Shown piece after piece: positions 11,165 through 21,497 of a DNA stretch of 64,000 bases (its first letter is position 1; the number at the start of each line of letters is the position of its first letter). The position numbers and the translations under genes are program-made. Source of the stretch: Blepharisma stoltei ATCC 30299 (lineage: Eukaryota; Protista; Ciliophora); contig CBFDEM010000037.1 in NCBI GenBank assembly GCA_965603825.1, positions 372,001 to 436,000 of the forward strand, read 5' to 3'. The notes below the pieces were generated by a model. It was not told the DNA's origin, ran no database searches, and saw nothing but the letters and a program-made list of their open reading frames with translations.

Positions 11165-12337
11165 ATGCACATGCAAGTTTTCAGGGGTTTTAGAAGTTCG
11201 ATAAGACTTCTTGCAAAAAAAGACTATTATAGTATTTTGGGAGTTCCTAAAAATGCTTCAGATACTGATATTAAGAAAGCTTATTTTAACCTTGCAAAGC
11301 AGTATCACCCTGACGTAAATAAATCTCCTGATGCGAAGGCTAAATTTGCTGAGATTAATAATGCATACGAAACATTAGGGACACCAGATAAGCGGAAAAC
11401 ATACGACGCTACTGGGATGACAGGAGATGAACAAGATCAGGCTAAGCAGGCAGGATTTGGAGATTTTGGGGGATTTGGAGGCTTTAATCCTTTTGGATCT
11501 GGATTTGGAGGAGGCGGAGGTAATCCTTTTGGTGGTGGTCAAGGGTTTTCTAGTTTCGAAGACATTTTTAGTGAGTTTGAAGGACTTTTTGGTGGCAAGA
11601 AATCACAGAAATCAGCAAGAGGTGATGACATTGTTGTGGGCATGGAAATTTCTTTTCTAGAAGCTGTACAAGGAGCGTCAAAGCCACTTGTAGTGACCAA
11701 AAATACAACGTGCGGGACTTGCAAAGGAAAGAAAATAAAGCCTGGCTCATCTCCATCGACATGTACAAATTGCGGTGGCAAAGGCCATGTTCATTTCCAG
11801 CGAGGTCCAATGTCTATACAAGTAGCTTGTCAGAAATGTGGAGGGACAGGATCGATCATAAAAGAATATTGCTCAACCTGCCGAGGATCAGGAATAACTG
11901 CATCTAAAGTGACAGAAACAGTGAATATTCCTGCAGGCGTAAATTCTGGCCACACCCTCCGAATGGCTGGCAAAGGCAGCTCTTCTGAGTCTGGAGGACA
12001 AGCTGGCGATATTCTTATAAAAGTTACTATAAAAGACCATCCAACTTTTCAGCGTGATGGCTTTGATATAATTTCTCAAGTCCCTATATCAATATCCCAA
12101 GCTATCCTCGGATCAAGTGTAGAAGTTGAAACTTTATATGGAAAAGTCCAGGTAAAAGTCGATCCAGGGACAAATACAGGCGATACCCACAAAATTTTAA
12201 ACCATGGAGTCCCTCATCTCCCTCCACATAATAGCCAAAAAGGAAGCCATATAGTGAAATTTGTATTAAAGATCCCAAAGAAACTTACAGAGAGACAAAG
12301 GCAGTTGTTCGAGATGTTGGCTCATGAAGGTGTTTAA
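11165..12337 (+). CDS. Mitochondrial type I DnaJ/Hsp40 (Mdj1/DNAJA3-like)
   Basis: Arg-rich presequence, J domain with HPD, G/F-rich region, four CxxCxGxG-type repeats and the DnaJ C-terminal domain. Confidence 0.93.
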   Translation: MHMQVFRGFRSSIRLLAKKDYYSILGVPKNASDTDIKKAYFNLAKQYHPDVNKSPDAKAKFAEINNAYETLGTPDKRKTYDATGMTGDEQDQAKQAGFGDFGGFGGFNPFGSGFGGGGGNPFGGGQGFSSFEDIFSEFEGLFGGKKSQKSARGDDIVVGMEISFLEAVQGASKPLVVTKNTTCGTCKGKKIKPGSSPSTCTNCGGKGHVHFQRGPMSIQVACQKCGGTGSIIKEYCSTCRGSGITASKVTETVNIPAGVNSGHTLRMAGKGSSSESGGQAGDILIKVTIKDHPTFQRDGFDIISQVPISISQAILGSSVEVETLYGKVQVKVDPGTNTGDTHKILNHGVPHLPPHNSQKGSHIVKFVLKIPKKLTERQRQLFEMLAHEGV

Positions 12338-12370
12338 AGTTATAAAGCTTAATAGAGTAAATTGATATAA

Positions 12371-12694
12371 ATGGTGAAGAAGAGCAAGAAGACTGCGGAA
12401 GGCATGAACTCCAAGCTTGCTTTGGTCATGAAAAGTGGCAGAGCTGCTCTTGGCTACAAAAGTGCACTTAAATCTCTGAGACAAGGCAAGTCAAAACTTG
12501 TGCTAATCTGCAACAACTGTCCACCTTTGAGAAAGAGTGAAATCGAATATTACTCGATGCTTGGAAAAGTTGAAGTTTATCATTATACAGGAAACAATAA
12601 CGAACTTGGAAGAGCTTGTGGAAAAATGCACGCAGTTTCAACTTTATCAGTCATAGAGGCTGGAGATTCAGATATTCTTGGAGCTACTGCTTAA
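12371..12694 (+). CDS. RPL30: 60S ribosomal protein L30 (eL30)
   Basis: [56 protein letters not shown]. Confidence 0.97.
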   Translation: MVKKSKKTAEGMNSKLALVMKSGRAALGYKSALKSLRQGKSKLVLICNNCPPLRKSEIEYYSMLGKVEVYHYTGNNNELGRACGKMHAVSTLSVIEAGDSDILGATA

Positions 12695-13123
12695 CCACAG
12701 ATTAACATAACTTAGCTTTTAAAATTCGTAAACGTTTAATTGTACAGAGAAGCGAAAGGAAAGCTGCTTATGGAGTTTTTTTGAAGTTTTTGTGATAATA
12801 AAACAGATTTTTCAAGGAAACTTCATCACCGTAAGGTAGATTAAAAAATGAGCATAAAGTAAGCAGAAATATGGTAAAGGATAGAAATCATTAGAGAAGA
12901 GCAAAATAAATGTCCCTTGAAAATCTTCATAGGAATATCACAGCTTTATAAAGTTAAATATCTTGGAATTGGAAAAAATAAACAAAGATTTATAATGGAC
13001 GAAAATAAAATTATTAAGCTTTATAAATAGTTCTTTTCAAATGATAAAAAGTAATCAATCTGAAAAATCAAAAAGAGTCTTTGACACTTAACCAAAATGA
13101 CCTAATGTATACTTAATCATAAA

Positions 13124-15079
13124 ATGGAAGAGCTTAAGCGTTTGAAAGCACAGCTTATGCAAGTTCAGCAAAAGCAATCCGCAAACAGACTTACAGACAG
13201 AAACATTGTAGAAATCGTTAACAAACTAGTAGGAAACTACTCGCTTGAACTTGTATTTACATTATCAGGAAAAGAGTATTTGACACCGAAAAGGCTAGAA
13301 CAAGAAATTGAGCAAGAAGTGAAAAAGCATGGAAGAATAAATCTCATTGATATGCCTGGAATCCTTAACGTCGGAGTCGAACAAATTGAAAAGCACGCAA
13401 TCATAGTGGCTGATAAGACAAGTGATGTTGAATTTATCAATGGACAATTGATAGCAAATAACTATTTAGATATGATTGCTCAAGAAATAAATGAAACTTT
13501 AGAAGAGACTGGACAGCTGCCTTTAAGTGATTTGACTTATAAATACTCTTTGCCTATGCAATATCTAAAAGACAGAATTGAAGCAAGGATCGGAACAATT
13601 ATATATGGCCACTTCAAGCAGAACAATGTATTATTCACAGATGTTTATGTGCAGAGGCATTTAGCAAAATTAAGGGGGTTTCTAAGAGGCTGTGAAAAGC
13701 CAACAGAACTTAAAAATTTTGATCAAAGTTTGGTGCCTAATCAAGTTAAGGACCTAATAAGTAACAAAGAGATTGCAGGAAGCTACCAAAATGGGACTTT
13801 TACACCTTCTGTCTATTTGGATAACATTAAAAAAGAAATCGAAGATTTTTTTGCTTTAAATTCATACTTGCCTTATGATTTCGTGAAAAAAATAATGAAT
13901 ATTACTTCTACTCCTGCCTTAAAAAACTGAATAAATAAAGAAATTGGAGGCGGAATTCACCTAGAAAACAGCTATGCCAAGTCAGAGTTTATTGAAAAAC
14001 TAAGAGGTGAAGTCAAAGAGGCACTTGAACAGCACTCTCTTATAAATGTAAATACTGATCTTAATTTACCCACATGCATTGAGCAGGAAGATTTAGAGAG
14101 TTTGGTTGAAGAAGGAAACACAGTTGCAGGCTATTATATTTGCAATGAAAACTGCATAAAAAAAGCACTTGACTTATTCAAAAACAAAATAAGCTTAACT
14201 GCAGAAGAGACAAAATCTAACGCAAAAGGGAAAAAGTCAGGGACACCTACAATACCAAAGCAAGAGATTCTCAACACTTTAGCCAAAGCAAGATTTCAGA
14301 ATGCAGATGAAGAGTTCTTGGAATCCTTGTCAGAAATTCTTTATCCCAAAATAAGCAGACTGATTGTTGAACAATTTGAGCAAAGAAGCCAAACTGCAGA
14401 TCTTGACAGTCCTTCAATTGTCCAAGAAATTAACTATCTTATGGTTTGCTGCAAATCACTTGGAGGTTTGAGTAAGAAGTATACAAATTTAAAGCCACTA
14501 AAAGCGCATCTGACTAAAACTATTGTGAATAAAGTTTTCAACCAGCTTTTAGAAATTCAGCTCAAAAACCAAGGATTTGGATCTATTTCTGTAAATTCAA
14601 ATAACAGACAAGCTATGATTGAGAGACTCCCTGAATATTTAAGGGAAATTTTAAATAAGCTTGTGGCAAAGATGTCATCAAAGGATCCAGAAGGCTTTAT
14701 AGCCGAGCTGCTTGATAACATCAAAGATATACCTGTAGTGAGCGTTAAGCAAGTTGATAAAAAAACAGAAAGATTGATAACACATAAGATAAAGCAGGAT
14801 TTGAAGAGTAGGCTTGATGAATGCTTGAATGAAAATAAGTATGGGGAAATCGTGTATTTTGCAATGAAACTTAAAATTGCAAACTTTTTTGCAATTGATG
14901 TCCCGTTTGAAGATTGGGCACTTAGGATTTTGACTGAAATTTATGAAGTAACTATAGGGAATGATGAAGCTGTTCAGTGCTTCAGGTTTATTATCGATAA
15001 CTTCAAAAATGAAGACCCAGAAATGCACGAAAGGATCGAAAATATGCTGAGAGACATACGAAGCCAATTGTCAGGCTAA
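13124..15079 (+). CDS. UFL1: E3 UFM1-protein ligase 1, 651 aa
   Basis: N-terminus MEELKRLKAQL..VQ...S..RLTDRNIVEIVNKL...L.LVFTLSGKEYLTP. Track ORFs 13124 and 14102 join through TGA(Trp) at 13928. Confidence 0.9.
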
Positions 15080-15273
15080 TATAAGAATAATTCACATAAT
15101 TGGTATAATTTTGGTATAAATATTAAATCACGCATTATATTATAGCTAGGATTCTCAAGCATTATTTATAAAATAAATATTTTTATGTTAATTCAGTTTT
15201 TTATTTTATATTTTATATCACATAAGACACCTGATAAATATAAATATAAAAACGATAAGGATTCAAATATAAA

Positions 15274-16068
15274 ATGGGAAATAATTGCTGTTCATCTCGT
15301 GGTAATAATATCAAGACTTCACAAATAGGAATATCTGAGCCTGAGATAACTCTTGTCCTGAGATTAAGTCGAATTGATCCACCTATCACTCACCCTTGCG
15401 TTGAGAGATATGATTGAAGAGAAATCAGCCAGTTTTTAAAAGCAAATAATTATAATGTTGATGCTGCATTCGAATCAATATTAGATGACATTGTAAATTC
15501 TAGCTAGAACTGAAGGATTGATAATCTCCCTATAACGAAAGAGCAGCATTCAGATATATTGATAACGAGAGAAATTTTTGTTTTTAGGCATGATGTTAAA
15601 AACCACCCAGTTATAGTAATAAGACCTTTTTATAGCGACACACAGCCGATGAGCTTGAATTTCTGCCTTTATCTGACTTATTTTTTTGAAAATATTCAGC
15701 CAAGTCTGTAATTTATAAATAGAAAAGGCTTTAAACGAAAAATAACGCTTTTGATAGATTTCAATAACAATTTATTGAATGAAAATGCAATCAGTGTTAT
15801 ATGGGGATTCATGAAAGAGCATTATCCCAATAGAATTTTCCAAATATTAGTAATTCAAGCTTCAATAGTTAGATTGCCTGAAGAAAGCAGAGCCATTTTA
15901 CGAAAAATCCCCACGCTTAGTATTTTTGATAGCAATTTCAAAGCGAATATTATTAAATTCATAGACCCAGAGAACTTAATGGAAGAATATGGAGGACTAA
16001 GACAATATTATTTTAAAGGCAATGATGATGGCGTTTTACCTCAGAAAAACATCTCTAACCAAATTTAA
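15274..16068 (+). CDS. CRAL-TRIO/Sec14 lipid-binding protein with MGNNCC acylation motif (254 aa), two 15-nt introns
   Basis: ATG 15274; FLKANNYNVDAA...NWR (TGA), HDVKNHPVIVIRP, HYPNRI and IDPENLMEEYGG; introns 15493-15507 and 15708-15722. Confidence 0.82.
15493..15507 (+). other. 15-nt GT-AG intron
   Basis: gtaaattctagctag, phase 0; the acceptor TAG is an in-frame stop. Confidence 0.8.
15708..15722 (+). other. 15-nt GT-AG intron
   Basis: gtaatttataaatag, phase 2; gives an in-frame TAA if retained. Confidence 0.8.
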
Positions 16069-16114
16069 ATTTAATAAAAAATCAATTTTATTTTCTGCAA
16101 AATAGACATATTTT

Positions 16115-17575
16115 ATGTCACTTGTATTCCGAAAACAATTAGAAATTTTGGAAAATTCAGGGATTCCTGTAAAAACCCTGACTGCGGCTGATCTTTATCC
16201 ATTTTGAGAAGACTCAGACCCAAGACTCAAGCACTTTGGTGACGAAGAGAAAAAAAAGTCAGTTTTAGATGTTGCTGAAGAATTAGAGCAAGGCAAAAAT
16301 CCTAAATATCGGCTACTGTTATGCACTTTTATAGAAGGCTTAGGCTTTTGAAAAGATTACCAAGCTTTAAGATCAGAAATCAGCTCATCAGATCCTTACG
16401 AGCTTGCAAAATTCGATGCTGAGTTCAGACGATACGTATCCAGAAAACAAACACAAACCTATGAAGACGATTTTGAGCCAGAAAACCTTCCAATTCTGTC
16501 AGCTTCGAATCCAGAAAACGCTCCAACAGATTTCAATAGCACATTTGACAGGGATTCTGAGTGCAATCGGAGTGAGTACTTTGGAGACACAAGTACTTTT
16601 TCAAGATTCAAAACAATTTCATTTACAAACATCGTCCCCCAACCAGTGAGAGGAAACTATAATCAAGAATTGTATGAAGAAGACAGCCTCGAGCTGGATA
16701 CAAGAACTGAAACGAAAACTTTTTTTACCCCAGCTGAGCTAGCACAAACTGAAGCAGATATAAATGATCTTTTATTTCCTGAAGATCAATTTATTATCAA
16801 AAAATTCATAGCAAAAGGAGGAGAAGGAAAGGTTTATGTCGCTGAAGATGTGGTGACCAAAGATCTTGTCGCATTAAAACAATTTGAAGCTCCTGTTGAG
16901 GAAAGAGATGCTTTTATCGCAATCATTTCGAAAGAAGCACAACTTATGAAATCTTTTTGCCATCCAAATATAGTGAAATGTCTCGGACTTTATATGCCAC
17001 AGGAACAAACTGAAGGCATGATAACTGTAAGTATTGTGATGGAGTACATAGAAGGAGGGTCTTTAGCTGACAAACTTAAAACTAAAGGACCATTTTCTCT
17101 TGAAGAAATAAAAGATTTGTGCAAGGACATTCTAGAAGGGTTGGATTACTTGCATGGGCTTAATATTATCTACAGGGATATAAAGCCCAGCAATATTCTC
17201 TGCGGAGATTTGCTGAAGATTACTGATTTTGGGATTTCTACGCAATTGAGAGAAATTGAAACAATTCCAAGAAGCTGTGCAGGAACTCCTTGGTATATGG
17301 CACCTGAGGTGATATTAGGGGAGCCTTATTCTTACGCAGCTGATATATGAAGTCTTGGCTGTCTGGTTTATGAGCTATACACTGGGAGCAAGCCTTTCAA
17401 AACAGCTGGACTTACAAGAGTTTTACATTTGATGGTGGATTGTCTTAATCCTTTGGATTGCCAAGAAGAGCCACTTCCTCAAGATTTAGAAGACTTCTTA
17501 TTGAAATGCTGGAGACGGCCATATTCTTTGCGACCTTCCGCAAAAGAATTGTTGGGGCATAGATTTTTAGTTTAA
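16115..17575 (+). CDS. Ser/Thr protein kinase, STE/MAP3K-like (486 aa)
   Basis: ATG 16115, open with three TGA(Trp). Motifs KGGEGKVY, VALK, YRDIKPSN, DFG, GTPWYMAPE, ADI[TGA=W]SLGC and RPSAKELLGHRF; TAA at 17573-17575. Confidence 0.9.
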
Positions 17576-17692
17576 TAAAATTTGTACAAGAAAATATTTT
17601 TAGCAATTGCACGTTCCAATAATCAAATTATTTTATAGGCTCTGTCGGTTTATTTAATTCTCCAGATCAAATCAGAAATTTAATAATTTTTT

Positions 17693-18253
17693 ATGTATTA
17701 TATATCGAGATTCAGAGACTGGCTGAAGTCTTGGTTTTGGCATCAAGAATTGGAAATATCGATTGTCGGAATTCAAAATGCAGGGAAGACGACGTTTGTA
17801 AATACACTAACAACATCGGAGTTTGATGAGAATACCATTCCAACAGTAGGATTCAATCATCGAGAAGTCAAAAAAGGATCAGTTCAGCTTAAAATATGAG
17901 ATATCGGAGGCCAACATAAATATAGGAGTAGCTGGGAAAAGTACTGTAGAAATGTGGATTGCATTATTTTTATTGTAGATTCTGCTGACTTTGGAAATTT
18001 AGATGTTGCAAGGACTCAGCTTCATAAGCTAATGTCTTGGCCTAGCCTTCATGGGATACCACTTTTAGTATTGGGAAATAAAAATGATTTGGAAGGTGCA
18101 CTGAATGAAGAAGAATTAATCGTCTCTTTGGGGTTGAGATCTTTGAATGGAAGACCTGTTACATGTTACAGTGTGAGTGCCAAAAATCAAGTCAATATGG
18201 ATATCACGATGAGATTTTTGGTAGATTTGTCAAAAAATAAGAAAAAAGACTAA
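17693..18253 (+). CDS. ARL8: Arf-like small GTPase ARL8 (186 aa)
   Basis: DWLKSWFWHQELEISIVGIQNAGKTT, TIPTVGFN, KI[TGA=W]DIGGQ, LGNKNDL, CYSVSAK. Confidence 0.92.
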
Positions 18254-18690
18254 AAACCTGAAATTTATTAAATATTAGTTTTAAATATTTCGACTGATAA
18301 TAGGAGAGGATATTTATTATTTATGCATATTAAGGATTTTTTGAATTTAACAAACAGCATTCTGAAATCTGAAGAACTTTTTATAAAGGTAATTATAATT
18401 ATCAAGATAATTAAATTCTGCTAATCAAGATTCTTTTGAGCTTTTTTTTAGATGCATTAAAAAATTAAAAAAAAAAGATAAAATTTTAGGCTAAATAATT
18501 TTATTATATCAATTTATCGGATGGATATCCAGATTGCAATATTTCTAGACTGGTTTCGGCACAAAAATTTTTTTAAATAGATAGCCTCTATTATTTTTAT
18601 TGATGCGATAATTATAAAATAAGCAAATAAAAGCCAGGTTTAAATTGCATTTATTTTCCTTAATAATTGATAAATATCCATTTTTTAATT

Positions 18691-19113
18691 ATGAATAAGG
18701 AATTGGATCAGAAAGAAAATAAGCCAATTGACGAATTGGAAGAACTTGAAATAAAGGACAAAATAAGTGACTTTTTTCCTGGCCCGAACGAAGACTTTGA
18801 GCATGGAAAACCTGGTTCACAAGGAATCCCCTTTAAGCCAAATCCTGAGTGCAAATACTGCCATGGATCTGGATATAAGGAAAAATATATAGGAAAACAT
18901 AAAAAGCATATCAAAAGAGTTGAGGCTCTATGCAATCGATGCGCTCATGCATCAGGAATGTGCTCTAAATGCTTAGGCACTGGCTTTATGAATCCTGGAG
19001 ATAGGAAATGTTTTTGCATTATGGATGGAATGAATTGGCGGGAATCAAAAAACCTTGGAGCAATTTACAAACTAAATTATCCGAATGGCTATCGCGTATT
19101 TGCAGGACATTAA
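18691..19113 (+). CDS. Small DnaJ-type zinc-finger (CxxCxGxG) protein, 140 aa
   Basis: ATG 18691; CKYCHGSG, CNRC, CSKCLGTG and KCFC; no J domain. Confidence 0.7.
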   Translation: MNKELDQKENKPIDELEELEIKDKISDFFPGPNEDFEHGKPGSQGIPFKPNPECKYCHGSGYKEKYIGKHKKHIKRVEALCNRCAHASGMCSKCLGTGFMNPGDRKCFCIMDGMNWRESKNLGAIYKLNYPNGYRVFAGH

Positions 19114-19362
19114 TTAACTTTGTGATAATTGCTAATTTTAGTTAGACCATATTAGTGTATTTTAATCAGACACCATTCATTTTTATTTAATTCATAAAAT
19201 TTATTGGATTCACAATCAACTTTGCTTTTTCTATAAAACATAAGCAGGAGAATTCTATTCTTATTTTAACTCTAATAATAATACTTATTCCTATTATATT
19301 TATACACTGCCAGGAATTTATTTGAATTTATAGTTTCTAGTTTATTTAAGTCGAAGCGGGAC

Positions 19363-20427
19363 TTATCTTAATTTTTCTACTTCTTCGATCGAAATGCTCT
19401 TGACCTGATTTGCAGGGAGGGGAGCCTGATATCCTGGATGAGTCTTATCTTGCTCGTCTTTGCTAAGAGTGATTTCAAGTCCTTCTAATTCTCTTTCGAT
19501 AGTTTTGTCTTCTAGTCCTTCTTCTTGAGCACGATATAGAACCTGGACTTTTCTCTTGCTGAAGTTATTTATCTGGTGTAGTCCTAATTCATATCTTTTA
19601 ACATCCTCAGCAACTTTGACTGCTTTTGGAATTGCTCCTCCACTAGCTTTAATTACAACGGTTCTCTTTCCATCTTTCTTGAGAAGTAATAAAGCTTGCT
19701 TTAAGAAGAAGCTTGGGTTGCCCATAGTGTTTACGAAAATTTCATTATCTTCTCTCTTTGTTTCTTCATGAGGCCTTTCTCTGATATATTTTCCTTGTTC
19801 CGGAGGGGCTCTTCTTTCATTTTGATAGCCGCCTCTTCCTCTGCTGCCTCTTGCTCCCCTGGTACCTCTTCCTCTGGAACTTCTGAAACCTCTAGACGAC
19901 CCTCTTTCATACCTTTCCGTTGAGCCACGAGTTCTAGTGCTTGGTCTTTTTGTTTCTTCTTCTCCTTCTTTTGTTTTAGCTTCATGAGATCTATCTTTTC
20001 AAGGCTGACTCTGTTTATGCTCTTCTCTATGATACTGCTCAGGCTTTCTAGCTGTTTCTTCTCTTTTTGTTTCATCAAAAGCCCGCCTTGCAGGTGGATT
20101 TTTTAGTTCATCCCAGCTTTTGGATTCAACTTGGCTTTCAGGAATAGGGGCTTGATATCCTTTGCTAGTTTGATCCAAAGCATCTAGGCTTAATAAAAAG
20201 ACCACTCTTGTCTTGTTGGTGTTAGGGACTCTTTCAAATGAGTTAACTTGGTGGATTCCTTTAACTTTGTGCTTGATGAGCTCGACCAAATTCACTGCAT
20301 GAGGAATGGCTAAATTGATTGCTGTGATTTTTGCTTGTCTCTTTGTCTCCAGAAGAGTGGCTACTTGAGATACTTGTCTGCCAAAGCCTTGGGTACTTGA
20401 GACTGTCACTTCGTCAGGGCTAGCCAT
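19363..20427 (-). CDS. Double Alba/Rpp25-domain nucleic-acid-binding protein with central RG/RGG linker (354 aa)
   Basis: ORFs 19999..20427 and 19363..19725 join through TGA(Trp) at 19999. Each half has the Alba core (A..AIP.AV...E.(I/V)K....G(I/L)HQ.N.F) and the D.T..GYQAP tail; linker RGFRSSRGRGTRGARGSRGRGGY. Confidence 0.85.
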
Positions 20428-20700
20428 TAATTTTTACAAGCCGCTCATTTGCAAAAGCTGAAAACATGAAAATGGTGACGTGTGGGAAATTTAATAAGTT
20501 CTCATTCAAAATATTGGAGAATCAGCGATAATAGGGTTTTGGAATAGCAGCTTTTGAAGTGAAAATCCAATCAAGAGCTTATATGAGTTTAAAGTGGAAA
20601 TAGAACATAAATAAAAGCAATTCGTAATAATTAAGCCTAAATGCTTTATCAGGATTTTCATTTTTAATTTATTTAATATTAAATACTTGAGATCATAGAA

Positions 20701-21496
20701 ATGAGAAGAATTTTCAGGTCTTTTGTAAGCATGCCAAACTTAAAAACAGGAGATTACATGCAAAAATTCTATAAGCATGCAGGAGTCAAAGAGACCGAAA
20801 AAGGTTTTCAAGTCCTGCTTGATGGCCGAGGAATAAAAACACCTGAAAGAAATAATGTAATTCTGCCCACTGAAATACTAGCCTTAGGAGTAGCAACAGA
20901 ATGGCAAGTCCAGGACAAATTCATAAGAACTTCATCTATGCCTTTGGTACTTTCTATTTAGTTCCAGCTCTCAGCCACCGCAATTGATCTTTCACATACA
21001 GGCATTCGTCCACAACTAACAGAACGAATCCATCAATTTTTACAAAATGACAGTATATGGCAAGTATTATTAATTTAGTTATCGAGAAGACGAGCAAGAA
21101 AAATCAGACCGTCAAACCAAACTTTTCACCCCAGTGATTAATCACGTAAAAGAAAAATACGGCATTGAGCTCTCTACCTGCTCAGGATTTTCTACCCCAC
21201 AAATTTCTAAAGAGTCCTTTGATAACCTGCAAAAACACATAGAAACCTTAGACAGCTTTGAAATTGTTGCTTTAGAAGCAGCCACCACAATAGCAAAATC
21301 TACTAGTGTTGGCTTGTCTTTGTTAGATGGGTTTTTATCTATTGAAAATTCCTTAAAATGCTCCCGTCTGGAAGAAGATTTGCAAATAGAAGCATACGGT
21401 AAAGTTGAAGGCCATCACGATTTAGATGAATTAAGCTCTCTAGTAGTCTTAGCAGCAGCAAAAACCTTAATTTCATTTAAGAACTTTAATTCATAA
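20701..21496 (+). CDS. ATP12: ATP synthase F1 assembly factor 2 (ATP12/ATPAF2), 253 aa, two tiny introns
   Basis: KFYK.AGV...GFQVLLDGR.IKTP, A.EW..Q, MPL|FQLSATAID, NDSIC|YRE, SRLEEDLQ...YG.VEGHHD; introns 20947-20961 and 21060-21078. Confidence 0.9.
20947..20961 (+). other. 15-nt GT-AG intron
   Basis: gtactttctatttag, phase 0; removal restores MPL-FQLSATAID. Confidence 0.88.
21060..21078 (+). other. Probable 19-nt GC-AG intron
   Basis: gcaagtattattaatttag; the only splice I found that restores the frame and gives the ATP12 D..CYR motif (TG+T = Cys). Confidence 0.6.
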
Positions 21497-21497
21497 T

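Noticed and set aside
12325-12373. DnaJ-RPL30 fusion through a tiny intron over the DnaJ stop
   Set aside because: Candidate GT-AG pairs lack the GTA consensus and do not give an in-frame fusion; both proteins look complete.
12741-12775. U6-like TACAGAGAAG motif
   Set aside because: It is not followed by ATTAGCATGGCCCCTGCGC and has no U6 5' stem; a chance match.
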